A stretch of 64,000 bases of DNA, taken from NCBI GenBank assembly GCA_964016885.1, contig OZ024744.1:28334001-28398000 (forward strand), given 5' to 3'. A program made the translations under genes and the position numbers. Origin of the DNA: Eledone cirrhosa (Eukaryota). Under the pieces are notes generated by a model. The model was not told the DNA's origin, did no database searches, and saw nothing but the letters and a program-made list of their open reading frames with translations. Numbering within the stretch: the stretch's first letter is position 1; every line of letters starts with the position of its first letter. Below, piece by piece: positions 24,301-39,229 of the stretch.

Positions 24301-27300
24301 TGTTTTTGTTGTCACTGTTATAACTGTTATTGTCATTGTTGTTGTTGTTGTCGCTGTTATCACTGTTATTGTCATTGTTGTTGTTGTTGTCCCTGTTATC
24401 ACTGTTATTGTCACTGTTGTTGTTGTTGTCTCTGTTATCACTGTTATTGTCACTGTTGTCGTTGTTGTTGTCACTGTTATTTATAAATGTTATTGTCACT
24501 GTTGTTGTTGTCGCTGTTATAACTGTTATTGTCACTGTTGTTGTCGCTGTTATAACTGTTATTGTCACTGTTTTTGTTGTTGTCGCTGTTATAACTGTTA
24601 TTGTCACTGTTGTTGTTGTTGTTGTCGCTGTTATCACTGTTATTGTCACTGTTGTTGTCATTGTCTCTGTTATCACTGTTATTGTCATTGTTGTTATTGT
24701 TGTTGTCGCTGTTATAACTGTTATTGTCATTGTTGTTGTTGTCGCTGTTATAACTGTTATTGTCACTGCTGTCGTTGTCCCTGTTATAACTGTTACTGTC
24801 ACTTTTGTTGTTGTTGCTGTTATCACTGTTATTGTCACTGTTGTTGTCGCCGTTATCACTGTTATTGTCATTGTTGTTGTTGTCGCTGTTATAACTGTTA
24901 TTGTCATTGTTGTTGTTGTTGTTGTCGCTGTTATCACTGTTATTGTCATTGTTGTTGTCGCTGTTATCACTGTCATTGTCACTGTTGTTGTTGTTGTCGC
25001 TGTTATCACTGTTATTGTCACTGTTGTTGTCACTGTTATAAATGTTATTGTCACTGTTGTTGTTGTCGCTGTTATAACTGTTATTGTCACTGTTGTCGTT
25101 GTTGTCGCTGTTATAACTGTTATTGTCACTGTCGTTTTTGTTCTCGCTCTTATCACTGTTATTGTCACTGTTGTTGTCGCTGTTATAACTGTTATTTTCA
25201 TTGTTGTTGTTGTCGCTGTTATAACTGTTATTGTCACTGTTGTTGTCGCTGTTATTGTCACTGTTGTTGTTTTGTTGTTGTTGTTGTTGTTGTTGTCGCT
25301 GTTATCACTGTTATTGTTCTGTTGTTGATGTCGCTGTTATAACTGTTATTGCCATTGTTGTTGTTGTTGTTGTCTCTGTTATCACTGTTATTGTCACTAT
25401 TGTTGTTGTCGCTGTTATAACTTTTTTGTTATTGGTGTTGTTGTTGTCGCTGTTATGACTGTTATTGTCATTGTTGTTGTAGTCGCTGTTATCACTGTTA
25501 ATGTCATTGTTGTTGTTGTTTTTGTCGCTGTTATTACTGTTATTGTCACTGTGGTTGTTGTTGTTCTCGCTGTTATCACAGTTATTGTCACTGTTGTTGT
25601 TGTTGTTGTCGCTGTTATAACTGTTATTGTCACTGTTGTTGTTGTTCTTGTCGCTGTTATAACTGTTACTGTCACTGTTGTTGTTGTAGCTTTTATCACT
25701 GTTATTGACACTGTTGTTATTGTTGTCGCTGTTATAACTGTTATTGTCACTATTGTTGTTGTGGTTCTCGCTGTTATAACTGTTATTGTGACTGTTGTTG
25801 TTGTTGTTGTCGCTGTTATAACTGTTATTGTCATTGTTGTTGTTGTCGCAGTTATCACTGTTATTGACACTGTCGTTGTTGTTGTTGTCGCTGTTATCAC
25901 TGTTATTGTCACTGTTGTTGTTGTCGCTGTTATAACTGTTATTGTCACTGTTGTTGTTGCTGTTGTCGCTGTCATAACTCTTATTGTCACTGTTGTTGTT
26001 GTTGTTGTTGTCGTTGTTATCACTGTTATTGTCATTATTGTTGTTGGCGCTGTTATCACTGTTATTGTCATTGTTGTTGTTGTCGCTGTTATCACTGTTA
26101 TTGTCCCTCTTGTTGTTGTCGCTGTTATAACTGTTATTGTCACTATTGCTTTTGTTGTTGTCGCTCTTATCACTCTTATTGTCATTGTTGTTGTTGTTCT
26201 CGCTGCTATCCCTGTTATTGTTACTCTTGTTGTTGTTCTCGCTGTTATCACAGTTATTGTCACTGTTGTTTTGTTGTTCTCGCTGTTATCATTGTTATTG
26301 TCACTGTTGTTGTTGTTGTCGCTGTTATATCTGTTATTGTCACTGTTGTTGTTGTTGCTGTCTCTGTTATCACTGTTATTGTCATTGTTGTTGTTGTTGT
26401 ACTCGCTGTTATCACTGTTATTGTCACTGTTGTTGTCGATGTTATCACTGTTATTTTCCTTGTTGTTTTTGTTGTCACTGTTATAACTGTTATTGTCATT
26501 GTTGTTGTTGTTGTCGCTGTTATCACTGTTATTGTCATTGTTGTTGTTGTTGTTGTCGCTGTTATCACTGTTATTGTCACTGTTGTTGTTGTTGTCCCTG
26601 TTATCACTGTTATTGTCACTGTTGTCGTTGTTGTTGTCACTGTTATTTATAAATGTTATTGTCACTGTTGTCGTTGTCGCTGTTATAACTGTTATTGTCA
26701 CTGTTGTTGTTGTCGCTGTTATAACTGTTATTGTCACTGTTTTTATTGTTGTCGCTGTTATAACTGTTATTGTCACTGTTGTTGTTGTTGTCGCTGTTAT
26801 CACTGTTATTGTCACTGTTGTTGTTGTTGTCTCTGTTATCACTGTTATTGTCATTGTTGTTATTGTTGTTGTCGCTGTTATAACTGTTATTGTCATTGTT
26901 GTTGTTGTCGCTGTTATAACTGTTATTGACACTGTTGTCGTTGTCCCTGTTATAACTGTTACTGTCACTGTTGTTGTTGTCGCTGTTATCACTGTTATTG
27001 TCACTGTTGTTGTCGCCGTTATCACTGTTATTGTCATTGTTGTTGTTGTCGCTGTTATAACTGTTATTGTAATTGTTGTTGTTGTTGTCGCTGTTATCAC
27101 TGTTATTGTCATTGTTGTTGTCGCTGTTATCACTGTTATTGTCACTGTTGTTGTTTTTGTCGCTGTTATCACTGTTATTGTCACTGTTGTTGTCACTGTT
27201 ATAAATGTTATTGTCACTGTTGTTGTTGTCGCTGTTATAACTGTTATTGTCACTGTTGTTGTTGTTGTCGCTGTTATAACTGTTATTGTCACTGTCGTTT

Positions 27301-30300
27301 TTGTTCTCGCTCTTATCACTGTTATTGTCACTGTTGTTGTTGTCGCTGTTATAACTGTTATTGTCATTGTTGTTGTTGTCGCTGTTATAACTGTTATTGT
27401 CACTGTTGTTGTCGCTGTTATTGTCACTATTGTTGTTTTGTTGTTGTTGTTGTTGTTGTTGTTGTCGCTGTTATCACTGTTATTGTTCTGTTGTTGTTGT
27501 TGTCGCTGTTATAACTGTTATTGCCATTGTTGTTGTTGTTGTCTCTGTTATCACTGTTATTGTCACTATTGTTGTTGTCGCTCTTATAACTTTTATTGTT
27601 ATTGGTGTTGTTGTTGTCGCTGTTATGACTGTTATTGTCACTGTGGTTGTTGTTTTTCTCGCTGTTATAACAGTTATTGTCACTGTTGTTGTTGTTGTTG
27701 TCGCTGTCATAACTGTTATTGTCACTGTTGTTGTTGTTCTTGTCGCTGTTATAACTGTTATTGTCACTGTTGTTGTTGTAGCTTTTATCACTGTTATTGA
27801 CACTGTTGTTATTGTTGTCGCTGTTATAACTGTTATTGTCACTGTTGTTGTTGTTGTCGCTGTTATTGTCACTGTTGTTGTTTTGTTGTTGTTGTTGTTG
27901 TCGCTGTTATAACTGTTATTGCCATTGTTGTTGTTGTTGTTGTCTCTGTTATCACTGTTATTGTCATTGTTGTTGTTGTCGCTGTTATCACTGTTAATGT
28001 CATTGTTGTTGTTGTTTTTGTCGCTGTTATTACTGTTATTGTCACTGTGGTTGTTGTTGTTCTCGCTGTTATCACAGTTATTGTCACTGTTGTTGTTGTT
28101 GTTGTCGCTGTTATAACTGTTATTGTCACTGTTGTTGTTGTTCTTGTCGCTGTTATAACTGTTATTGTCACTGTTGTTGTTGTTGTAGCTTTTATCACTG
28201 TTATTGTCACTGTTGTTATTGTTGTCGCTGTTATAACTGTTATTGTCACTGTTGTTGTTGTCGCTGTTATTGCCACTGTTGTTGTTTTGTTGTTGGTGTT
28301 GTTGTCGCTGTTATAACTGTTATTGCCATTGTTGTTGTTGTTGTTGTCTCTGTTATGACTGTTATTGTCATTGTTGTTGTTGTCGCTGTTATAACTTTTT
28401 TGTTATTGGTGTTGTTGTTGTCGCTGTTATGACTGTCATTGCCATTGTTGTTGTAGTCGCTGTTATCACTGTTAATGTCATTGTTGTTGTTGTTTTTGTC
28501 GCTGTTATTACTGTTATTGTCACTGTGGTTGTTGTTGTTCTCGCTGTTATCACAGTTATTGTCACTGTTGTTGTTGTTGTCGCTGTTATAACTGTTATTG
28601 TCACTGTTGTTGTTGTTCTTGTCGCTGTTATAACTGTTATTGTCACTGTTGTTGTTGTAGCTTTTATCACTGTTATTGACACTGTTGTTATTGTTGTCGC
28701 TGTTATAACTGTTATTGTCACTGTTGTTGTTGTGGTTCTCGCTGTTATAACTGTTATTGTGACTGTTGTTGTTGTTGTCGCTGTTATAACTGTTATTGTC
28801 ATTGTTGTTGTTGTTGTCGCTGTTATCACTGTTATTGACACTGTCGTTGTTGTTGTTCTCGCTGTTATCTCTGTTATTGTCACTGTTGTTATTGTTGTCG
28901 CTGTTATAACTGTTATTGTCACTGTTGTTGTTGTTGTCGCTATTATATCTGTTATTGTCACTGATGTTGTTGTTGCTGTCTCTGTTATCACTGTTATTGT
29001 CATTGTTGTTGTTGTTGTTGTACTCGCTGTTATCACTGTTTTTGTCACTGTTGTTGTCGATGTTATCACTGTTATTTTCATTGTTGTTTTTGTTGTCACT
29101 GTTATAACTGTTATTGTCATTGTTGTTGTTGTTGTCGCTGTTATCACTGTTATTGTCATTGTTGTTGTTGTTGTCCCTGTTATCACTGTTATTGTCACTG
29201 TTGTTGTTGTTGTCTCTGTTATCACTGTTATTGTCACTGTTGTCGTTGTTGTTGTCACTGTTATTTATAAATGTTATTGTCACTGTTGTTGTTGTCGCTG
29301 TTATAACTGTTATTTTCACTGTTGTTGTGGCTGTTATAACTGTTATTGTCACTGTTTTTGTTGTTGTCGCTGTTATAACTGTTATTGTCACTGTTGTTGT
29401 TGTTGTTGTCGCTGTTATCACTGTTATTGTCACTGTTGTTGTCATTGTCTCTGTTATCACTGTTATTGTCATTGTTGTTATTGTTGTTGTCGCTGTTATA
29501 ACTGTTATTGTCATTGTTGTTGTTGTCGCTGTTATAACTGTTATTGTCACTGCTGTCGTTGTCCCTGTTATAACTGTTACTGTCACTTTTGTTGTTGTTG
29601 CTGTTATCACTGTTATTGTCACTGTTGTTGTCGCCGTTATCACTGTTATTGTCATTGTTGTTGTTGTCGCTGTTATAACTGTTATTGTCATTGTTGTTGT
29701 TGTTGTTGTCGCTGTTATCACTGTTATTGTCATTGTTGTTGTCGCTGTTATCACTGTCATTGTCACTGTTGTTGTTGTTGTCGCTGTTATCACTGTTATT
29801 GTCACTGTTGTTGTCACTGTTATAAATGTTATTGTCACTGTTGTTGTTGTCGCTGTTATAACTGTTATTGTCACTGTTGTCGTTGTTGTCGCTGTTATAA
29901 CTGTTATTGTCACTGTCGTTTTTGTTCTCGCTCTTATCACTGTTATTGTCACTGTTGTTGTCGCTGTTATAACTGTTATTTTCATTGTTGTTGTTGTCGC
30001 TGTTATAACTGTTATTGTCACTGTTGTTGTCGCTGTTATTGTCACTGTTGTTGTTTTGTTGTTGTTGTTGTTGTTGTTGTCGCTGTTATCACTGTTATTG
30101 TTCTGTTGTTGATGTCGCTGTTATAACTGTTATTGCCATTGTTGTTGTTGTTGTTGTCTCTGTTATCACTGTTATTGTCACTATTGTTGTTGTCGCTGTT
30201 ATAACTTTTTTGTTATTGGTGTTGTTGTTGTCGCTGTTATGACTGTTATTGTCATTGTTGTTGTAGTCGCTGTTATCACTGTTAATGTCATTGTTGTTGT

Positions 30301-33140
30301 TGTTTTTGTCGCTGTTATTACTGTTATTGTCACTGTGGTTGTTGTTGTTCTCGCTGTTATCACAGTTATTGTCACTGTTGTTGTTGTTGTTGTCGCTGTT
30401 ATAACTGTTATTGTCACTGTTGTTGTTGTTCTTGTCGCTGTTATAACTGTTACTGTCACTGTTGTTGTTGTAGCTTTTATCACTGTTATTGACACTGTTG
30501 TTATTGTTGTCGCTGTTATAACTGTTATTGTCACTATTGTTGTTGTGGTTCTCGCTGTTATAACTGTTATTGTGACTGTTGTTGTTGTTGTTGTCGCTGT
30601 TATAACTGTTATTGTCATTGTTGTTGTTGTCGCAGTTATCACTGTTATTGACACTGTCGTTGTTGTTGTTGTCGCTGTTATCACTGTTATTGTCACTGTT
30701 GTTGTTGTCGCTGTTATAACTGTTATTGTCACTGTTGTTGTTGCTGTTGTCGCTGTCATAACTCTTATTGTCACTGTTGTTGTTGTTGTTGTTGTCGTTG
30801 TTATCACTGTTATTGTCATTATTGTTGTTGGCGCTGTTATCACTGTTATTGTCATTGTTGTTGTTGTCGCTGTTATCACTGTTATTGTCCCTCTTGTTGT
30901 TGTCGCTGTTATAACTGTTATTGTCACTATTGCTTTTGTTGTTGTCGCTCTTATCACTCTTATTGTCATTGTTGTTGTTCTCGCTGCTATCCCTGTTATT
31001 GTTACTCTTGTTGTTGTTCTCGCTGTTATCACAGTTATTGTCACTGTTGTTTTGTTGTTCTCGCTGTTATCATTGTTATTGTCACTGTTGTTGTTGTTGT
31101 CGCTGTTATATCTGTTATTGTCACTGTTGTTGTTGTTGCTGTCTCTGTTATCACTGTTATTGTCATTGTTGTTGTTGTTGTACTCGCTGTTATCACTGTT
31201 ATTGTCACTGTTGTTGTCGATGTTATCACTGTTATTTTCCTTGTTGTTTTTGTTGTCACTGTTATAACTGTTATTGTCATTGTTGTTGTTGTTGTCGCTG
31301 TTATCACTGTTATTGTCATTGTTGTTGTTGTTGTTGTCGCTGTTATCACTGTTATTGTCACTGTTGTTGTTGTTGTCCCTGTTATCACTGTTATTGTCAC
31401 TGTTGTCGTTGTTGTTGTCACTGTTATTTATAAATGTTATTGTCACTGTTGTTGTTGTCGCTGTTATAACTGTTATTGTCACTGTTGTTGTTGTCGCTGT
31501 TATAACTGTTATTGTCACTGTTTTTATTGTTGTCGCTGTTATAACTGTTATTGTCACTGTTGTTGTTGTTGTCGCTGTTATCACTGTTATTGTCACTGTT
31601 GTTGTTGTTGTCTCTGTTATCACTGTTATTGTCATTGTTGTTATTGTTGTTGTCGCTGTTATAACTGTTATTGTCATTGTTGTTGTTGTCGCTGTTATAA
31701 CTGTTATTGACACTGTTGTCGTTGTCCCTGTTATAACTGTTACTGTCACTGTTGTTGTTGTCGCTGTTATCACTGTTATTGTCACTGTTGTTGTCGCCGT
31801 TATCACTGTTATTGTCATTGTTGTTGTTGTCGCTGTTATAACTGTTATTGTAATTGTTGTTGTTGTTGTCGCTGTTATCACTGTTATTGTCATTGTTGTT
31901 GTCGCTGTTATCACTGTTATTGTCACTGTTGTTGTTTTTGTCGCTGTTATCACTGTTATTGTCACTGTTGTTGTCACTGTTATAAATGTTATTGTCACTG
32001 TTGTTGTTGTCGCTGTTATAACTGTTATTGTCACTGTTGTTGTTGTTGTCGCTGTTATAACTGTTATTGTCACTGTCGTTTTTGTTCTCGCTCTTATCAC
32101 TGTTATTGTCACTGTTGTTGTTGTCGCTGTTATAACTGTTATTGTCATTGTTGTTGTTGTCGCTGTTATAACTGTTATTGTCACTGTTGTTGTCGCTGTT
32201 ATTGTCACTATTGTTGTTTTGTTGTTGTTGTTGTTGTTGTTGTTGTCGCTGTTATCACTGTTATTGTTCTGTTGTTGTTGTTGTCGCTGTTATTACTGTT
32301 ATTGCCATTGTTGTTGTTGTTGTCTCTGTTATCACTGTTATTGTCACTATTGTTGTTGTCGCTCTTATAACTTTTATTGTTATTGGTGTTGTTGTTGTCG
32401 CTGTTATGACTGTTATTGTCACTGTGGTTGTTGTTTTTCTCGCTGTTATAACAGTTATTGTCACTGTTGTTGTTGTTGTTGTCGCTGTCATAACTGTTAT
32501 TGTCACTGTTGTTGTTGTTCTTGTCGCTGTTATAACTGTTATCGTCACTGTTGTTGTTGTAGCTTTTATCACTGTTATTGACACTGTTGTTATTGTTGTC
32601 GCTGTTATAACTGTTATTGTCACTGTTGTTGTTGTTGTCGCTGTTATTGTCACTGTTGTTGTTTTGTTGTTGTTGTTGTTGTCGCTGTTATAACTGTTAT
32701 TGCCATTGTTGTTGTTGTTGTTGTCTCTGTTATCACTGTTATTGTCATTGTTGTTGTTGTCGCTGTTATCACTGTTAATGTCATTGTTGTTGTTGTTTTT
32801 GTCGCTGTTATTACTGTTATTGTCACTGTGGTTGTTGTTGTTCTCGCTGTTATCACAGTTATTGTCACTGTTGTTGTTGTTGTTGTCGCTGTTATAACTG
32901 TTATTGTCACTGTTGTTGTTGTTCTTGTCGCTGTTATAACTGTTATTGTCACTGTTGTTGTTGTTGTAGCTTTTATCACTGTTATTGTCACTGTTGTTAT
33001 TGTTGTCGCTGTTATAACTGTTATTGTCACTGTTGTTGTTGTTGTCGCTGTTATTGCCACTGTTGTTGTTTTGTTGTTGGTGTTGTTGTCGCTGTTATAA
33101 CTGTTATTGCCATTGTTGTTGTTGTTGTTGTCTCTGTTAT
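12370..33140 (+). repeat. Homogenised ~4.7-4.8-kb higher-order repeat, about four copies, itself a dimer of related ~2.16-kb and ~2.6-kb halves
   Basis: Offsets 23605/28389, 25231/30015 and 25415/30199 are 4784; 26493/31274 and 27397/32178 are 4781; 14001/18701 is 4700. The ATTTATAAAT landmark spacing alternates 2130, 2576, 2166, (1782), 2582, 2166, 2618, 2163. Confidence 0.88.
14865..27915 (+). repeat. Tandem duplication of a ~6.53-kb segment (about 14865-21388 and 21389-27915)
   Basis: Constant offsets of 6524-6530 (14865/21389, 15221/21745, 16086/22610, 17075/23605, 18885/25415, 20867/27397). Shared private variants: GTCGTCGCT at ~16028/22552, a 39-bp deletion in both 422-aa frames, and GTTGTCGTTGTCGCT at ~20137/26667. 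The junction GTTAGTGTCACTATTGCT lies at ~21385. Confidence 0.87.
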
Positions 33141-36100
33141 GACTGTTATTGTCATTGTTGTTGTTGTCGCTGTTATCACTGTTAATGTCATTGTTGTTGT
33201 TTTTGTCGCTGTTATTACTGTTATTGTCACTGTGGTTGTTGTTGTTCTCGCTGTTATCACAGTTATTGTCACTGTTGTTGTTGTTGTTGTCGCTGTTATA
33301 ACTGTTATTGTCATTGTTGTTGTTGTTGTCACTGTTATTGTCACTGTTGTTGTTGTTGTTGTCGCTGTTATAACTGGTATTGTCACTGTTATTGTTGTTG
33401 TAGCTTTTATCACTGTTATTGACACTGTTGTTATTGTTGTCGCTGTTATAACTGTTATTGTCACTGTTGTTGTTGTTGTCGCTGTTATTGTCACTGTTGT
33501 TGTTTTGTTGTTGTTGTTGTCGCTGTTATAACTGTTATTGCCATTGTTGTTGTTGTTGTTGTTGTCTCTGTTTTCACTGTTATTGTCACTGTTGTTGTTG
33601 TCGCTGTTATAACTGTTATTGTCATTGTTGTTGTTGTCGCTGTTATCACTGTTATTGTCATTGTTGTTGTTGTTTTTGTCGCTGTTATTACTGTTATTGT
33701 CACTGTGGTTGTTGTTCTCGCTGTTATCACAGTTATTGTCACTGTTGTCGTTGTTGTTGTCGCTGTTATAACTGTTATTGTCACTGTTGTTGTTGTTGCC
33801 GCTGTTATCACTGTTATTGACACTGTTGTTGTTGTTGTCGCTGTTATCACTGTTATTGTCACTGTTGTTGTTGGCGCTGTTATCGTCACTGTTGTTTTGT
33901 TGTTGTCGTTGTTATCATGCTTATTGTCACTGTTGTTGTTGTCGTTGTTGTTGTTGTTATCACTGTTATTGTCACTGTTGTCTTTGTCGTTGTTGTTGTC
34001 GTTGTCATCACTGTTATTGTCGCTGTTGTTGTTGTTGTTGTCGCTGTTATTTTCACTGTTGATGTTTTGTTGTTGTTGTTGTCGTCGTTGTCATCATTGT
34101 TATTGTCGCTGTTGTTGTCGTTGTTGTCGTTGTTATCATGGTTATTGTCACTGTTGTTGTTGTTATCACTGTTATAGTCACTGTTGTTGTTGTCGCTGTT
34201 ATAACTGTTATTGTCATTGTTGTTGTTGTTGTTGTCATTGTTATCACTGTTATTGTCATTGTTGTTGTTGTCGCTGTTATAACTGTTATTGTCACTGTTG
34301 TTATCACTGTTATTGACACTGTCGTTATTGTTGTTCTCGCTGTTATCTCTGTTATTGTCACTGTTGTTGTTGTTGTCACTGTTATAACTGTTATTGTCAC
34401 TGTTGTTGTTGTTGTCGCTATTATATCTGTTATTGTCACTGATGTTGTTGTTGCTGTCTCTGTTATCACTGTTATTGTCATTGCTGTTGTTGTTGTTGTA
34501 CTTGCTGTTATCACTGTTATTGTCACTGTTGTTGTCGATGTTATCACTGTTAATTTCATTGTTGTTTTTGTTGTCACTGTTATAACTGTTATTGTCATTG
34601 TTGTTTTTGTTGTCGCTGTTATCACCGTTATTGTCATTGTTGTTGTTGTCGCTGTTATAACTGTTATTGTCACTGTTTTTGTTGTTGTCGCTGTTATAGC
34701 TGTTATTGTCACTGTTGTTGTTGTTGTTGTCGCTGTTATCACTGTCATTGTCACTGTTGTTGTCATTGTCTCTGTTATCACTGTTATTCTCATTGTTGTT
34801 ATTGTTGTTGTCGCTGTTATAACTGTTATTGTCATTGTTGTTGTTGTCGCTGTTATAACTGTTATTGTCACTGCTGTCGTTGTCCCTGTTATAACTGTTA
34901 CTGTCACTTTTGTTGTTGTTGCTGTTATCACTGTTATTGTCACTGTTGTTGTCGCCGTTATCACTGTTATTGTCATTGTTGTTGTTGTCGCTGTTATAAC
35001 TGTTATTGTCATTGTTGTTGTTGTTGTTGTCGCTGTTATCACTGTTATTGTCATTGTTGTTTTCGCTGTTATCACTGTTATTGTCACTGTTGTTGTTGTT
35101 GTCGCTGTTATCACTGTTATTGTCACTGTTGTTGTCACTGTTATAAATGTTATTGTCACTCTTGTTGTTGTCGCTGTTATAACTGTTATTGTCACTGTTG
35201 TCGTTGTTGTCGCTGTTATAACTGTTATTGTCACTGTCGTTTTTGTTCTCGCTCTTATCACTGTTATTGTCACTGTTGTTGTTGTCGCTGTTATAACTGT
35301 TATTGTCATTGTTGTTGTTGTCGCTGTTATAACTGTTATTGTCACTGTTGTTGTCGCTGTTATTGTCACTGTTGTTGTTTTGTTGTTGTTGTTGTTGTTG
35401 TTGTCGCTGTTATCACTGTTATTGTTCTGTTGTTGATGTCGCTGTTATAACTGTTATTGCCATTGTTGTTGTTGTTGTTGTCTCTGTTATCACTGTTATT
35501 GTCACTATTGTTGTTGTCGCTGTTATAACTTTTTTGTTATTGGTGTTGTTGTTGTCGCTGTTATGACTGTTATTGTCATTGTTGTTGTAGTCGCTGTTAT
35601 CACTGTTAATGTCATTGTTGTTGTTGTTTTTGTCGCTGTTATTACTGTTATTGTCACTGTGGTTGTTGTTGTTCTCGCTTTATCACAGTTGTTGTCACTG
35701 TTGTTGTTGTTGTTGTCGCTGTTATAACTGTTATTGTCACTGTTGTTGTTGTTCTTGTCGCTGTTATAACTGTTATTGTCACTGTTGTTGTTGTAGCTTT
35801 TATCACTGTTATTGACACTGTTGTTATTGTTGTCGCTGTTATAACTGTTATTGTCACTATTGTTGTTGTGGTTCTCGCTGTTATAACTGTTATTGTGACT
35901 GTTGTTGTTGTTGTTGTCGCTGTTATAACTGTTATTGTCATGGTTGTTGTTGTTGTCGCAGTTATCACTGTTATTGACACTGTCGTTGTTGTTGTCGCTG
36001 TTATAACTGTTATTGTCTCTGTTGATGTTGTTGTCGCTGTTATAACTGTTATTGTCACTGTTGTTGTTGTCGCTGTTATAACTCTTATTGTCACTGTTGT

Positions 36101-37421
36101 TGTTGTTGTCGTTGTTATCACTGTTATTGTCATTATTGTTGTTGGCGCTGTTATCACTGTTATTGTCATTGTTGTTGTTGTCGCTGTTATCACTGTTATT
36201 GTCCCTGTTGTTGTTGTCGCTGTTATAACTGTTATTGTTACTCTTGTTGTTGTTCTCGCTGTTATCACAGTTATTGTCACTGTTGTTTTGTTGTTGTCGC
36301 TGTTATATCTGTTATTGTCACTGTTGTTGTTGTTGCTGTCTCTGTTATCACTGTTATTGTCATTGTTGTTGTTGTTGTACACGCTGTTATCACTGTTATT
36401 GTCACTGTTGTTGTCGATGTTATCACTGTTATTTTCCTTGTTGTTTTTGTTGTCACTGTTATAACTGTTATTGTCATTGTTGTTGTTGTTGTCGCTGTTA
36501 TCACTGTTATTGTCATTGTTGTTGTTGTTGTTGTCGCTGTTATCACTGTTATTGTCACTGTTGTTGTTGTTGTCCCTGTTATCACTGTTATTGTCACTGT
36601 TGTCGTTGTTGTTGTCACTGTTATTTATAAATGTTATTGTCACTGTTGTTGTTGTCGCTGTTATAACTGTTATTGTCACTGTTGTTGTTGTCGCTGTTAT
36701 AACTGTTATTGTCACTGTTTTTATTGTTGTCGCTGTTATAACTGTTATTGTCACTGTTGTTGTTGTTGTCGCTGTTATCACTGTTATTGTCACTGTTGTT
36801 GTTGTTGTTGTCTCTGTTATCACTGTTATTGTCATTGTTGTTATTGTTGTTGTCGCTGTTATAACTGTTATTGTCATTGTTGTTGTTGTAGCTGTTATAA
36901 CTGTTATTGTCACTGTTGTCGTTGTCCCTGTTATAACTGTTACTGTCACTGTTGTTGTTGTCGCTGTTATCACTGTTATTGTCACTGTTGTTGTCGCCGT
37001 TATCACTGTTATTGTCATTGTTGTTGTTGTCGCTGTTATAACTGTTATTGTCATTGTTGTTGTTGTTGTCGCTGTTATCACTGTTATTGTCATTGTTGTT
37101 GTCGCTGTTATCACTGTTATTGTCACTGTTGTTGTTTTTGTCGCTGTTATCACTGTTATTGTCACTGTTGTTGTCACTGTTATAAATGTTATTGTCACTG
37201 TTGTTGTTGTCGCTGTTATAACTGTTATTGTCACTGTTGTTGTTGTTGTCGCTGTTATAACTGTTATTGTCACTGTCGTTTTTGTTCTCGCTCTTATCAC
37301 TGTTATTGTCACTGTTGTTGTTGTTGTCGCTGTTATAACTGTTATTGTCATTGTTGTTGTTGTCGCTGTTATAACTGTTATTGTCACTGTTGTTGTCGCT
37401 GTTATTGTCACTGTTGTTGTT

Positions 37422-37452
<31 letters not shown>

Positions 37453-39229
37453 CGCTGTTATCACTGTTATTGTTCTGTTGTTGTTGTTGTCGCTGTTATA
37501 ACTGTTATTGCCATTGTTGTTGTTGTTGTCGTCTCTGTTATCACTGTTATTGTCACTATTGTTGTTTCGCTGTTATAACTTTTATTGTTATTGGTGTTGT
37601 TGTTGTCGCTGTTATGACTGTTATTGTCACTGTGGTTGTTGTTTTTCTCGCTGTTATCACAGTTATTGTCACTGTTGTTGTTGTTCTTGTCGCTGTTATA
37701 ACTGTTATTGTCACTGTTGTTGTTGTAGCTTTTATCACTGTTATTGACACTGTTGTTATTGTTGTCGCTGTTATAACTGTTATTGTCACTGTTGTTGTTG
37801 TTGTCGCTGTTATTGTCACTGTTGTTGTTCTGTTGTTGTTGTTGTTGTCGCTGTTATAACTGTTATTACCATTGTTGTTGTTGTTGTTGTCTCTGTTATC
37901 ACTGTTATTGTCATTGTTGTTGTCGCTGTTATCACTGTTAATGTCATTGTTGTTGTTGTTTTTGTCGCTGTTATTACTGTTATTGTCACTGTGGTTGTTG
38001 TTGTTCTCGCTGTTATCACAGTTATTGTCACTGTTGTTGTTGTTGTTGTTGTCGCTGTTATAACTGTTATTGTCACTGTTGTTGTTGTTCTTGTCGCTGT
38101 TATAACTGTTATTGTCACTGTTGTTGTTGTTGTAGCTTTTATCACTGTTATTGTCACTGTTGTTATTGTTGTCGCTGTTATAACTGTTATTGTCACTGTT
38201 GTTGTTGTTGTCGCTGTTATTGTCACTATTGTTGTTTTGTTGTTGTTGTTGTTGTCGCTGTTATAACTGTTATTGCCATTGTTGTTGTTGTTGTTGTCTA
38301 TGTTATGACTGTTATTGTCATTGTTGTTGTTGTCGCTGTTATCACTGTTAATGTCATTGTTGTTGTTTTTGTCGCTGTTATTACTGTTATTGTCACTGTG
38401 GTTGTTGTTGTTCTCGCTGTTATCACAGTTATTGTCACTGTTGTTGTTGTTGTTGTCGCTGTTATAACTGTTATTGTCATTGTTGTTGTTGTTGTCACTG
38501 TTATTGTCACTGTTGTTGTTGTTCTTGTCGCTGTTATAACTGGTATTGTCACTGTTATTGTTGTTGTAGCTTTTATCACTGTTATTGACACTGTTGTTGT
38601 TGTTGTCGCTGTTATAACTGTTATTGCCATTGTTGTTGTTGTTGTCTCTGTTTTCACTGTTATTGTCACTGTTGTTGTTGTCGCTGTTATAACTGATATT
38701 GTTATTGGTGTTGATGTTGTCGCTGTTATAACTGTTATTGTCATTGTTGTTGTTGTCGCTGTTATCACTGTTATTGTCATTGTTGTTGTTGTTTTTGTCG
38801 CTGTTATTACTGTTATTGTCACTGTGGTTGTTGTTCTCGCTGTTATCACACTTATTGTCACTGTTGTCGTTGTTGTTGTCGCTGTTATAACTGTTATTGT
38901 CACTGTTGTTGTTGTTGCCGCTGTTATCACTGTTATTGACACTGTTGTTGTTGTTGTCGCTGTTATCACTGTTATTGTCACTGTTGTTGTTGGCGCTGTT
39001 ATCGTCACTGTTGTTTTGTTGTTGTTGTTGTCGTCGTTGTCATCACTGTTATTGTCACTGTTGTTGTTGTTGTTGTCGTTGTTATCATGCTTTTGTCACT
39101 GTTGTTGTTGTCGTTGTTGTTGTTGTTATCACTGTTATTGTCACTGTTGTCTTTGTTGTTGTTGTCGTTGTCATCACTGTTATTGTCGCTGTTGTTGTTG
39201 TTGTCGCTGTTATTTTCACTGTTGATTTT

